Of a stretch of 64,000 bases of DNA, positions 1 to 13,400 are shown one piece after another. Origin of the DNA: Ophelia neglecta (lineage: Eukaryota). The position numbers were made by a program, and so were the translations under genes. The notes beneath the pieces were generated by a model. That model made no database searches and had not been told where the DNA came from. It worked only from the letters and a program-made list of their open reading frames with translations. The stretch lies in the NCBI GenBank assembly GCA_965285935.1, contig OZ260662.1:25420001-25484000 (forward strand). Direction: 5' to 3'. Numbering within the stretch: position 1 is the first letter of the stretch; each line of letters starts with the position of its first letter.

Positions 1-957
1 TTTTCCAGGTTTAGAGTATTAACCTTTTCCTCCTGGATACTACTTGAAGAAAATGAATACCTGGTAGCACAGAAGTTGGTAAGGGATTAAACAGACAGAC
101 ATGCATGTCGTCTTTATTCCAGTGTACATCTAAGCTATCCAACAGATATTGCACACTAAATTGAAAACTACATAGCTTATTCACTTTCACAAGGCCCAAA
201 TGCTGGTGCTGGTGCAGTGTGCCGCATTCACTTAATTTGACATTCCACATTTAATCATATAAAATCAATCAATAAAGCAACAGTATTTTAGTTATCTTTG
301 CGATGCAGTCTATAACTTCACAAAAAATTTAAGTTTGCATACACCGAAGCTCTGCAGCATGTTTTAAAGTATGTATTGAACAGCCTTCAGATAAGCAATA
401 TGTAAATTGCATTTGCAAATTTGTGTTTAATTATAAGCTTTTGGCTTGAAGTTTATAAAAAATAAAATTATAACATTTAGTATATGGACCCGCATGATAA
501 TTATCAAAGCGAAACCTTTTCTTTTATCTCATGACTTACCTTTAGCTATTAAAATGGCAAATAAATTCATTAACTACAAATACATTGAGGTGAATGGGCT
601 AAAAAAAACATAATTAGCTATAAAAATAAATGATAACCGTGTCGACAAATAAAGTGAGGTGCATTTATTTACTGCAATTGGAGTTAAAGTTGATCTAGTC
701 GATAATATTTAAGTTTGTCAATATAATATCAAAAATACTTCTGATAATCAAATTGTAGGCCTACTAATGCATTCAGGTTTAATTTTAATCTTTCATTGAC
801 ATCAAAGGTACATTTTATTCTAAACAGCTTGTCAATTTCCAAAGTGTAAATGAATTTCTGACAAAATGAAATGACAAGTTCTGAAAGATCATTCACAACA
901 TGTTGCTTGAAAATAAAATTTGGAGTACATGTACTATCTTTGACAACAGTGCCACAT

Positions 958-1384
958 GTCAGAAAACCTGTGCTAAAATGTACTCTCACTGTCAGTAAAC
1001 CTGAGTGATAATATACCCTCACTGTCGGTAAACCTCAATATATTCTCACTGTCAGTAAACCTGAGTGATTATATATTTGCACTGTCATTAAACCTCAATA
1101 TACCCTCACTGTCAGTAAACCTGATTGATAATATACACTCCCTGTCAGTAAACCTGAGTGATAATACATGTATACTCTCACTGTCAGTAAACCTCAATAT
1201 ACTCTCACTGTCAGTAAACCTGAGTGATAATGTACTCTCACTGTCAGTAAACCTCAATATACTCTCACTGTCAGTAAACCTGAGTGATAATGTACTCTCA
1301 CTGTCAGTAAACCTCAATATACTCTCACTGTCAGTAAACCTGAGTGATAATGTACTCTCACTGTCAGTAAACCTCAGTGATAAT
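958..1384. repeat. Minisatellite of alternating ~27/33-bp units (60-bp higher-order period)
   Basis: Core TACTCTCACTGTCAGTAAACCT followed alternately by CAATA or GAGTGATAATG; lines at 1201, 1261 and 1321 are near-identical. Confidence 0.95.
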
Positions 1385-1425
1385 TCAACACGTTAACTGC
1401 CTGATGAGACAGACACTGATCTAAC

Positions 1426-4400
1426 CTTTAGATTTTCCGTCTCCTGTGAACTTGGCCAGGCCAGAGTTCTTGGCGATCTCCTCCTGGGCCGTCTCATACT
1501 TGGGATTCTCCATCACCTTCTTTGCCTTCTGCTGCTTGGCGAAGTCTTGTGGGTGGTGGAATACGAAAAGGTTCGATGATCCCAACAAAACTCTGTCAGG
1601 GACAAACAGGTGATATACATGGAATTATTTATATGCATGATATCACTAACCATCCTTGTGTGGGATGTATCTTTACACATGAATTTATGAACACTATTCA
1701 CCATTTACAATGATAATACTTTCTCAATTTTCATATAGTTTAAATGGGATTGGTAAAAAAATACAGAACACAGGTGCATCTGGAAAAAAAATTGCTTCAT
1801 TTAAGATAATTATTTATTGATCTTGCTCAAAGTATTAAATTCCATCTCACCCTGGAGATCTGTAACACACAAGGTGATGAAGCAAATGAATCTTTTTGGA
1901 TGAGAAAACGTGTACGTAGTAGTCAATGGCAAAATTATGATTTTCACGCAGTCTCCAGACACAGATTAACCTGTTTGCACGGCTATACAATTGCTTCAAT
2001 GGTCACCAGGTATGAGAGTCCATTAAATGTGATATAGGTGAGGTCATGGGGTCAGACCGGACAACAGCTTTCTCAAAGTTTGATCGGAGCATATATAAAA
2101 ACTTAAATATGCATATCATTTCTGCGGGGAGGCCTCCAATTATGTGGCCTCCCCCAGAAACCCGTTTCATATTAAGAGAGACAAAGGTACCTCGATCCAT
2201 CCCTGATCCTCCTGTGATAATCTGCCTCCCCCCCCCCACCCCTTATTGTTCTCATAAGTTAACTAGGCCAACACTGTCGGGGGGCCGACAGCAAGGGGTA
2301 TATCCGCGAATGCGTGCAATAATCGAATGGGGAACACGGCATAAGGCGAGGTAGTGAATATGGTAGTTTTTAGTTGGCACAAAAGATAACAACCTTAACT
2401 AATTTTAACTAGTTAACTTATTACACAGTACTAGTTAACTTATTACACCGATTGTAGTAGGTTCTATTTGACCTCAATAATAAGGCAGGTCATTAATAAA
2501 GTTGGTTCCAAATGACCTCAAGAATAATGCCAAACCACCTTAACTAATTTTTTTCAGGTCATTAATAAAGTTAACTAGTTAACTTATTACACAGATTGTT
2601 TATAGTTATTACATGAATCATGACACAAAACTTCAAGCCAATATCATCTATACTTTGGAATATTTGATAGAAAATGTGTTTTTGACATAATTTATTTCAT
2701 TATTTTACCTAATTAATAATTATTAGAAATTCACCAAAATAAGTCCAGTTCTTTCTCTCAATAAGGTCTAAGGCTGTGTAAAATTAGAAAAAGATGTATC
2801 AAATATCTTTTGTGTTATTGCAGAAAATGCGTTTCTGACGTAATTAATAATAATTGTTTAACTAATTAATAATTATTGGATTTTCACCAGAATCTAATCA
2901 GTTCCTCCTCTCAATAAGATCTATGGCTGTGTTGAATCTATGGCTGTGTTTTATATCTGCATTTCGTAGATATAATAATGAAGATATCTGCTTGATGCCG
3001 TATCAGCTGGCCACCTGTGAGGTAAAAGCTTCTTACTACAGGATACAATTTTCACCGTTTTTCACCACATGTTGTGCAAACTGGACGAATTACAGAGGAA
3101 TTTATAATTAAAACCCAGATTTAACCTCATATGGCTGGCCAACATATATTACTGAGACTTGTGCCTGCTTGAATGGTAGCCATATTTCTATATTAAACGT
3201 GTCTTTATGTACATTCAAAAACTGCCGATAACCGCTTGGCACCGACTGACCAAATTTTTTTTTTTAGCAATAAGTTAGTTTATTAACAACAACAACATCA
3301 GTATACAAGGTAAATAGCAATGAAAACAATGACACCTGAAGCAAGATATGCTTATATGGGTCTATTTAATATTAAAAGTTAAAGTTAGAATACTTCTGCA
3401 AAATAATATTGTTATGGGAACCACTTTATACTGCACCTGTCATTGTGGTGGAGCTCCTTTTTGCTGGTGATGGCATTACCATTCAGCAGCACTTTGGCTC
3501 CTTTGCTGGGGATCAACATCACCTTGTTATTTTTAGAGTTGTCCACAACGGCATGTTCTGGCTGGATTCTGAACCAATTAAAAAATAGTCTTTTCAGAGT
3601 AATAATCACGTTTTATTGTATAAATCTAATTTACCCTTAATTAATGAATATCACAATTAAATGAGTGTTACAATATTTGGGGTATTATGCTCTTTATACC
3701 TATCAAGGCATTGTCAAACCATGAAGTTTTAGTTCTGATCATCCCAACCCATTTAAAATTTATGCTGCCAAATTTTGTGACAATAATCGCAAACGTCGCA
3801 CATTTTTGGTTTCATTATGTAAAGGATTTTATAGACACATGTTTGCGAGCTCACCCTAGACCAGACAAGGCAATCTCGGGTGCCTTCTCCGCCTTCTTGC
3901 TTCCTATCCTCGTTTTACCTGAAGAAAAAGCAAAATAAATATGGGAACCCAAGTTGCATGCATATGTTATCATTTAATTTTTGCAATGACACACAAAATA
4001 GTAGCAAATAAGCAAAAACATTAACAATTACAATTTACTACTTTCACATGAATATTGCCACAGCTCCTATTTGCCGGATGAAAGATTCACACAGTCCCAA
4101 ATAAATGTCACATCAATTTCTCTGCTACTAATATAAATGTTATTTCTTTCATGCATTAATCTTGAATTTCACAGAACTTTAGGCCACTTGCAACATTTAT
4201 CCCTTTCACATGGTCATTAAATTTTTATATTATAAAATTACACAAATCACATGACATAGCTAGTATACAACTTGTACACAAGTCACCTGACATGGAGTGT
4301 ACACTGCTTACCGTTAGGACAGAAGTGGCTAATCATGCCAGTTAGGGCAGCATCCTCATTGAGATTCCAAAAATGGGGCACAGATTTTTTCTGCTCGTCA

Positions 4401-7400
4401 TCCTTCTTCTGTGCTGCAAGCTCTTTCTGCAGAGAAATTTGTTAAAATAATAACACTTCCTGTTCTATCCTTGAACAACTTTTCATAAATAGAGTGTGAA
4501 AAAAATGAACACATGATAGTAAGGTAATCATTCATAATTATCAGCCATATTAGCCAGAGCCGAAACAAACCAACAATCTCTGATATACTGCCATAGAGGC
4601 TCTACCAACTGAGTGACTGTGGCTGGCAATCAGCCTACCCCATAGGGCGGAAAGGCATGAATCCGACAGCAGCAAACGTAAGAGGTGATGACCTAAAAAA
4701 TATTTTGTGTCACTGCCGTTTATGATGTGACACTGTATGAGCCGAGTGTAGACATACCCTGAGTTCTTCTTCTCTCTCCTTCATCTTCTCCTGCCAGGAC
4801 ATCTGCATGGCCTCCATGTCTTCCTGGTTCTTTCTTAGCTGCTCCTCCATATCAGCCAGAGCTGAAACAAACGGTAAAAGTCAGAGGTGGTTCTTAAAAT
4901 GTCATATAGAGCCGAAACACATAGTACAGGTCAAAGGTCATTCTTAAAATATCAACTAGAGCTGAAACACACAGTACAGGTCAGAGGTCGTTCTTAAAAT
5001 ATCAACTAGAGCCAAAACACACAGTACAGGTCAGAGGTCATTCTTGAAATATCAACTAGAGCCAAAACACACAGTACAGGTCAGAGGTCATTCTTGAAAT
5101 ATCAACTAGAGCCCAAACACACAGTACAGGTTAGAGCTCGCTTTTAAAATATCAACTAGAGCTGAAACACACAGTACAGGTTAGAGATCGATCTTAAAAT
5201 ATCAATTAGAGCTGATCTAAACACATAGTACAGGTCAGAGATCGTTCTTAAAATATCAACTAGAGCCGAAACACACAATACAGGTCAGAGGTCATTCTTA
5301 AAATATCAACTAGAGCCGAAACACATAGTACAGGTCAGAGGTCATTTTTAAAGTATCAACCAGAGCTGAAACACACGTACAAGTCAGTAGACGTGCTCTC
5401 CATTATACTCTTGATTGTAAATCTCACTCAATCTAAATGCATACAATAGTCAGTTTCTGTGACTATAATTAATGTTATTAATATTCTACTGGTATTCTAT
5501 AATGAATTACAGAACTACATGTTCTGTTCTTAATGTTATGATATTAACAGAAGTATACTTTGATAGTCTTTGGATAGCCTTTACTTGAATTAAGAAACAC
5601 TGATGCAAAATGGATATTGAGTGAATATCCCATTATGACAAAGCAATGCTCAACTGGCCTGAAATAAGAAAATATGCAAATGATGTTAACATAGTTCAAT
5701 ATAAATGGTGAATACAACTCTTTCTGCTATAGGTCATTTATTTAATATTATTCCATGCATGTAGTTATAGCATACTACAGTTTGGGCATACACTTGTTGT
5801 ACAGGTATACTAAGTGTTATGATTGACATAATTTAGGTCCATTAAAACTAATATATCACTACAGAGAAACCTGTGCTGAGCAACCCTCAGTCAGGTCAAA
5901 TGTGGTGTCTCATATAAGGTGGTCTAAGGAAAGGGAAAGCTAATTAAGTTTTTAAATAGAATCAATATTAAGAAGAAATCTTTTGTTTATACTTGGCCAC
6001 AATTACGTTTATAGTAAACAATGTAAGCTACTGGCATGTGTATCAATCAGAGCCACAGAAAAATCAGGCCTACCGGCCATATAACGTTTAGTCAGGAGTG
6101 CCAAACCACAGATAACTACAGTTTTCTTTTAGGTCATCTGCAACAAGTGGCAATAATTTTCATAATTATATAGTAAACAAACTGGGTTTAATTTCAAAAT
6201 AATCCCACATTTTAACATAAATAGCAAATGAACACAAAAATCAGATTAGGATTACTAATTTCTAATTGTTCCTCAAAATAAGCATGATTATTAACTGTGC
6301 TGTCAGAAGTCATTTTAATGATGTGGGCACTGAGAGGGGGGGGGGGCAGTTTTAGGTGGAAATGATATCTGTCAATAAAATCCCTGTTTCTTCCCAAGGG
6401 TGGAGGAACTTCTCTACAGAAGAGCATGCAGAGGAGTGGGGGTCAATGGGTCACTCTGCACAAGCTGCCCTGTACTAACACCTTAAGTTTATAATAATAT
6501 GCTGAGTTGTGTTTTTTATAACTCCAGGTACATAGAATTAAAGCTGAATGATACTTACATGTACGTCTTAATTATTATGTACAACTTAACCAGGTTGTGA
6601 GGCGGTGCAAACTCTGATACGGGGACCAACATCTGGGACACATACACCAAGGACTCAGGATACAGGGACCAATCACCAGGGCCTGGGAAAGATATAAAAA
6701 CACCATACTAACATTCACCTTCCGAGTCTCCCTCGGCTCCACCGCCCCCCTCCAGCATGCCGGCCGGGATCTGGCCACCCTCTAACATCTTTTTCAGCTT
6801 ATCGTTCTCCTCTCGAAGCTCTCTGATCAGCTTGTCGGTGGGACTCTCATTCACTGTGGCAGTTGTTTTGATGGCCTTCGCACGATCAGCTGCAAATATG
6901 GTTTTGAATGCAAAATGTATTAAAATTTCTAAAAGTTTGCTGTTGCATAACTCCTTTCCATTTTAAAGGACTAAATAGTTCTTTCTTAACCTAACAAGAA
7001 ATTGAATTCATCACTGGAGAATAAAACAGGAAAAATACATACCAAACCTAAGAGTAGATAAGGTCTCTTCATAGTTGATATCAGCTGGACTCAAGGCAGC
7101 AATCTATATGGAAAATAAATGGTTGGTAATTATATAAGCCAATTATGTGGATAACAGTAGATAATAGACACACCACTGGGGATTATGGTAGTTATTGGCC
7201 AGGCACTAGGGATTATGGTGGTTACTGGCCAGGTCATTCGGGATTATGGTAGTTATTGGCCAGGCCACTAGGGATTATGGTAGTTATTGGCCAGCCCCCT
7301 ATGGATTATGTTTGATATTGGTCAGGCCACTGGGGATTTTGGAAGGTATTGGCCAGGCCACCGGGGATTATGGTATTTGTTGGTCAGGCCCCTGGGGATT

Positions 7401-10400
7401 ATGGTAGTAATTGGCTAGGCCACTAGGGATTATGGTAGTTATTGGCCTGGCCACTAGGGATTATGGTAGTTATTGGCCTGGCCACTAGGGATTATGGTAG
7501 TTATTGGCTAGGCCACTAGCGATTATGGTAGTTATTGGCCAGGCCACTGGGGATTATGAGAGTTATTGGTCAGGCCTCTGGGGATTATAGTAGTTATTGG
7601 TCAGGCTACTAGGGATTATGGTTGTTATCGGCCAGCCTCCCGAGGAATTTGTAGTTATTGGCCAGGTCAATAACACAGTTACAGGTCAGGCCCTTGCAGA
7701 TTATGGGTGTTTTTACCAGCAGCGTTCAATCTTTATAATTAACTCCTACAATATCTATAGAAGTTTCACATTAATATAAAAAAAATGTATTTTGTTCAAA
7801 TAGCCAATTCAGAGTGCTGATATAGTAAATATCCCACTCAATTTAGAGAGTGTATATCCAATTTAGAACTTGATTAGAATACTGACCATGACAGTTTTGC
7901 TGTTTCCTCCTAGAGCATTCTTCAACAGCTTCGTAAGAACAGAGTCTCGAAACGGGACTGAAAAAAATGATTTCAACATAAGGCTATTTGATGTAGAAGT
8001 TGTATGATGGGAAAAAGTAATTTTACACAATGCTGCCCCTACAAATCTCTGATATAAACAATAGTACTCCAGTTGTGAATTCATAGCCATAAATGATTAT
8101 TGGCTGCCACATATGTTCAATTGCTAGTCAAAGTGAGAGTTCAGTCATAAGTATGTAGTCAACTTTATATCAATAATTCTATCTATTTACATTTGCAGTA
8201 AAACTAAAATATACAGTAAATTTCATGAATTCAGTCAACCTGGGTTTTAAAACTTAAATCGTCTGATTAATTAACATATTGCTTTAATATTACTTCTTCC
8301 ATCTTACTGGCCAAATCCATTGAGAGGACAAACCCATGCAAATAACTTTAATATACGAGACAAAGCAGGCAAACTGTAACTGCATACACTACTTTTCTTA
8401 AGACTAATAATAATCTCATTCAGTTCTAATAAATTGTACTTATGGTCACCTATGAGAACAAGGTTACATGCATAATTAGCAAGAGCATACAAGCTTTTTA
8501 AATTATTTATTCATTTAGTGAATATTTGATATTAATTCCAATCTTTGTCAGTCATTCCTTGTGTTAACTAGTAGGCCTATATTCATTCGGTGGTACAAAT
8601 GATGATAGGACAACCTTAAAATATGACATTATGTGATCACGTGACAGGTGAAAGGGCTGTCCAAGAAAACTGAGGGGAAGGGATAGACAATTATTAAATA
8701 CAAATGTCTCTCATATGCCTAATAATGGAAAATAACCTAATAATAACCTAATAATGATGCCAACACACCAATCTCTCTGTGCTGGTGGTCCAGCTTGTAT
8801 TTAAAAAACTATTGTCCCTACTTGTATAAATCTACCCCTGCCCACTCCTGTTTCTATGACAGCCCTTAGCATTTTTCACCTACCATGAGAATGACCTTTA
8901 ATAGGTAAATGAAGGAATATATTTACTTTAGTAATGAATAGAAAACAAAATTGGTGACACTTCAATACATGAGCCTAGAAGAACTGGTCATAGGAACATT
9001 GATTGTTAAAAATAATTTGACAACATTAGTCACTCATTTTGTCATTTGTTGCATAGTGAATGGCACTTGGATCATAATCAAAACAATAATAATATTTTTA
9101 AATATACCAGTATCAAACTGGTTTGCTTATTGGTTGCGCCTTAATGTCCTGAAGGTTTTTTCATGAACAGATTATAGTTTTAAAACACAGAAAATATCTT
9201 AGCAAAAACCAGGTACCCTCTGATCACCTTTTATATGATAAAACTATGGAAATAATTAAGAGCAAAGCGCACATATCATAATGGATATGGAACCAAAAAG
9301 GTTCTGATGACAAACACTAATAATGTCAAATTGGAATTATCAATATGTGATATTATTTTTTTATTACCATGTAATCCCAGACCATTTCCCAAATCTCATA
9401 CATCAAAATGTCACATGTTTGTATCTAACACCCTGCTTAATTAAATCATTTTTAATATTTTGATAAAAAGCAGTCGAAATACAGCATAAATGAATTAATT
9501 TTAATAGTCAGTTACTCATGTTGATTCTGAATAGTAAATTAATTGACAATAGAGGAAATCTTTCTGAAATAACCATTGTTTCCATTAACATCATAGGAGC
9601 CATATTTTGTCACAATTTGCAAATCAACCTAGATTAAAAGTCTGGTAAATGCAAGTATTAAAAAAAACTCTGCAGCTCTTTGCCGCTTTTTAATTAAAAT
9701 ATCAAAGTTTGGAACTGAAGCAAAAAATGGCACCATTACATGAATGAGGTTTACCTGTTTGAATACCAAAAAGGATTGACAAGTATGTAGCTATAAAGGT
9801 TAATTGCTTTCACAGGTATCGTATGGTTAATATTTCACATAAATGTACACAGTTTAATGGATTGTACAAATGACCTACCCATGACCTTCTTGTTGCCACT
9901 GGACTGGTCGGCCAGGGCCTTGATAACATTACCCAGGGTACTTAGCGACTGGTTGATAGCTGAACCCTCTTTGAGACGATCTCCCGTTGCCCCTGTCGAG
10001 TCTGCTCGCTCGCTAGAAACATGATCATTATTTACCAGTTACTCAATTAAAAAACATTTAGGCATCCAAAGAGGAACCAAGGTAAAGATATATTAGAAAA
10101 CTGAAGAAATATAATATTTCTTATTTCCTAAGACTAAAGGAAGCATTCTTCACTATTTAAATACATTTTAAAAGCATTCAATGTGCTATTATTTCATGAT
10201 ATTGTGACAATACAGACATGGACTATATAAGGCAGGCCATAACAAACATACAACTAGACTACTGAAACCAGACACTTAGTGGTTTTTCTGCAGACACATT
10301 TACTGTTAATTTAATTTAACAACCAAATTTCAAATCATTCATTTTTTTTGCATAGTGTGAGGGAACCAAATGCTATTCTGTCCACTGAGGAAGGAAGAAA

Positions 10401-13400
10401 GACATCATTCTCCCAGAAAGATCACGCTGCTAAACTCTGAGTAATGATGTGTAAAACATGTGTCTGAGCTTCTTCAAATGTTACGTGTGTAACGGAAAGC
10501 AATCAAGACTCACCTTCCTGCCAAGTCCACCAGGTTGATACTTGAAGTCTTCGTCATGCTCTGACCAGCCGCATTTGGTGTCTTCTGAGTGAAGTTAATG
10601 GCTACGATGGTATGGGCACGACTAAGGAATAAACAGATTTGAAAACTAAAATAAAGTAAAAGTGTCAATCTTCATTATATTGGGCACCTTCAGCAGACAT
10701 AACCTAGGCCAAGATTCTGAAAGAATCACTCACTTCAAAATATCTATATTTTAAATAAACCTAGTGCTTTTTAGAAGACTAGCTAAGTAGTACATTTGGA
10801 CTGATGTATGGTGATTATTCCATATACCAAGAGATTAATGTTATTTTCTGATACACTACATCCATTCACTACACTGGAGAGTTGCTCGGGTCCTGACCTG
10901 CTAGTGGCGTTCATTTGAGTAGAAGCTACCGTCCTGTTTTTGGTTCCCTCGTTCATCTTGTTGTCAATTTCTTTATAACTGTTGACTGCCACAGACAATA
11001 AAGATTCCACTGGAATAAAAATATATCATTTATTATATCAATGGACAACTGTGCCTCAAATTTCATAAATTATTGGCCATTTTGAAACCTATAATTAAAT
11101 AAAAAAGCACACTTCTTTTAGGTTTCACCTGGTTAATATTTATGGTTGGAGTATTGGCTGGAGGATGATAATTACCATAGAATCCTTTCTTTGGGTTTTG
11201 TCTGACTTTTAGACCTCCTTTGACGTTTAAAGACTTGGGGTTCAGTAAATCTCTGACCTGCTCATTGTAAATCTCCAGCATACTAAATGACACCTGAAAA
11301 AACGACACATGACATATTTATAGTTGAAATATCTATATATCTTAATTCATTTTCATCGGTAAAACAAATTTCATCTACTACAACCACTACATTTATGCTC
11401 TGTAGGACAAATTCCATAGTATACACATAAAATACAGTAAGATAATAAATCAGAGGATTTGATCATGCTGAACCACCAAAAACACAGAGCACTGAACATT
11501 CTGTTAAAAACTTCATTATTGTTTAAATGAAAATCTAATGCACAAGTTAACAGGGGCTAATTACAAAAAATAAGAAATAGGGAACTTGTAAAGAAGTTTT
11601 GAAGACTTTATTGCTTTTTGCCACAAATAAGTCAATAAAGTGAAGCTCCAATTTAGCAACAACTAAAATATCCGAATTTGAAATGTATAAAAGATGTCCA
11701 CCTGGGACAAAACAATTGTACATCTAACTGATTGTATATTTCTTTTGCATAGTAGAGTTGAGTTGAATTCCTACCTGATATTCTTCGCCCTTACCAGCAC
11801 TGGCTCTCTTGGCTTCAATCGCCTTGAACAACTCATCACAAGATATAGGCACAATACCTAAAATAAAACAACATGATATATAGACCCCATACCTCAACAA
11901 CAATAAAAACATGATATTATACAGGCACCACCCCTCAAAGACAATAAAAACAAATCATCAGCACTATGCTTGAATGAAAACTGAAATGTAGGCATCCAGG
12001 TACATGTTCATGTAGATGTAGATACAAATGACATTATTTGCAAATAATAATTAAAATGAACAGGAATGGGGTTTTCTAGCATTACTTCTTAAAGGTACAT
12101 ACCATAGAATGTTATGTATCAAAAAAGGTATCAAAAGCCTTCACAGTCATGAAGTGCTCCCACAAATAACATAAAGACTGTGATCATGATGCTCAGCTTT
12201 CAAAAAGGTCAAGGGAAAGTTCAATGTCATTTATAGATTCATTGCTAGTAGTTGTCAATACAACTGTTGTGCCTAGAAGCCACCAAGAGGCATTAAGAAA
12301 TCAGTTTTCTTAACCAGTAGGTCATGGACCAGTAGATTTTTTGCATATGACTTCACACTAATGGTCCCATCTACCTTACCCAATTAAGCAACATAACAGC
12401 ATATAAAATGTAAAAATCAGTTTGACCCTGAAAACTAGGTTAAGGTCAATTTCAGGGTTCATTGTAGATTCCATGCACATGACTTTCTTTTACAGGTTGA
12501 CATATAATGTTATAACTATCTTGCCCAGTTAATCTACCAGAAAAGCATTGAAACATCTCTCATTTTCTCAACTTGGGGAAAAAAGGGGAAAATCAAATTA
12601 AAGCCTGACATTTTGTTTTAACCTCTTGACATCCTATTACTGGTATAAATCTTTACATTAAATTTGTTTTGTCTATATTGCACTTTCTAGTTAACAGATG
12701 ACTCTAGAGTGAAACCCTAGACAAGTGAAAAACATTGAATTAGCAACAATTTTAAAAATTATTTCAATCATTAACCTAACATAAATTTCATTGAAAGGAG
12801 TGTCAGGGCAAATCTAATGTAAATATAATTTGATGGACAAATGGACGAACGGCAGACGGACAGACAGCAACATGAGAGTTTAACTGGCTTTTATAAAATA
12901 ACCATTTATTGACTCAGTATGATTTGTTGAAATGATTCCTTACATCTCACACAACCGAAAAAGTTGCTTGTTATCTTCAAAGAATAGTTTACCTTACACT
13001 GTTTTCAATGATACCGGTATACATTAATTCTTTTTTATTTTGGCAGAATCAATTAAGGTTTCTTGTGTTTAAAAGGACTTGGATTTATATACACCTGCCA
13101 TTATTCATTATTCAGATTAATAAACACTACATTATCATTTAATATTTATTATTAGACCATCTTTTTTTCCAATTTAATTACTTTCATATTTTGAAACAAT
13201 ATAAGAAAACAAATATGCAACTTAACTCGATCTTCTTAGGGCTGATAAACACTTTGGCAGAAATGTGATTCAGTATTATTTAGAAAGTAGGCGTTTAATA
13301 CAATTAATTGTATGTAGTCCTCTTAAATCATGAATAATTGCTGTAATGCACAAGCAGAAAGGGTTTAAATCTCTAGTTAAAACTCTAACAACTGTTGGTA

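Noticed and set aside
1069-1317. Repetitive 82-aa ORF (RFTDSES repeats)
   Set aside because: Translation of the minisatellite; no evidence that it is an exon.
958-7666. Regularly spaced repeats as CRISPR-like arrays
   Set aside because: Units are contiguous with no unique spacers, there are no cas genes, and the context is eukaryotic introns.
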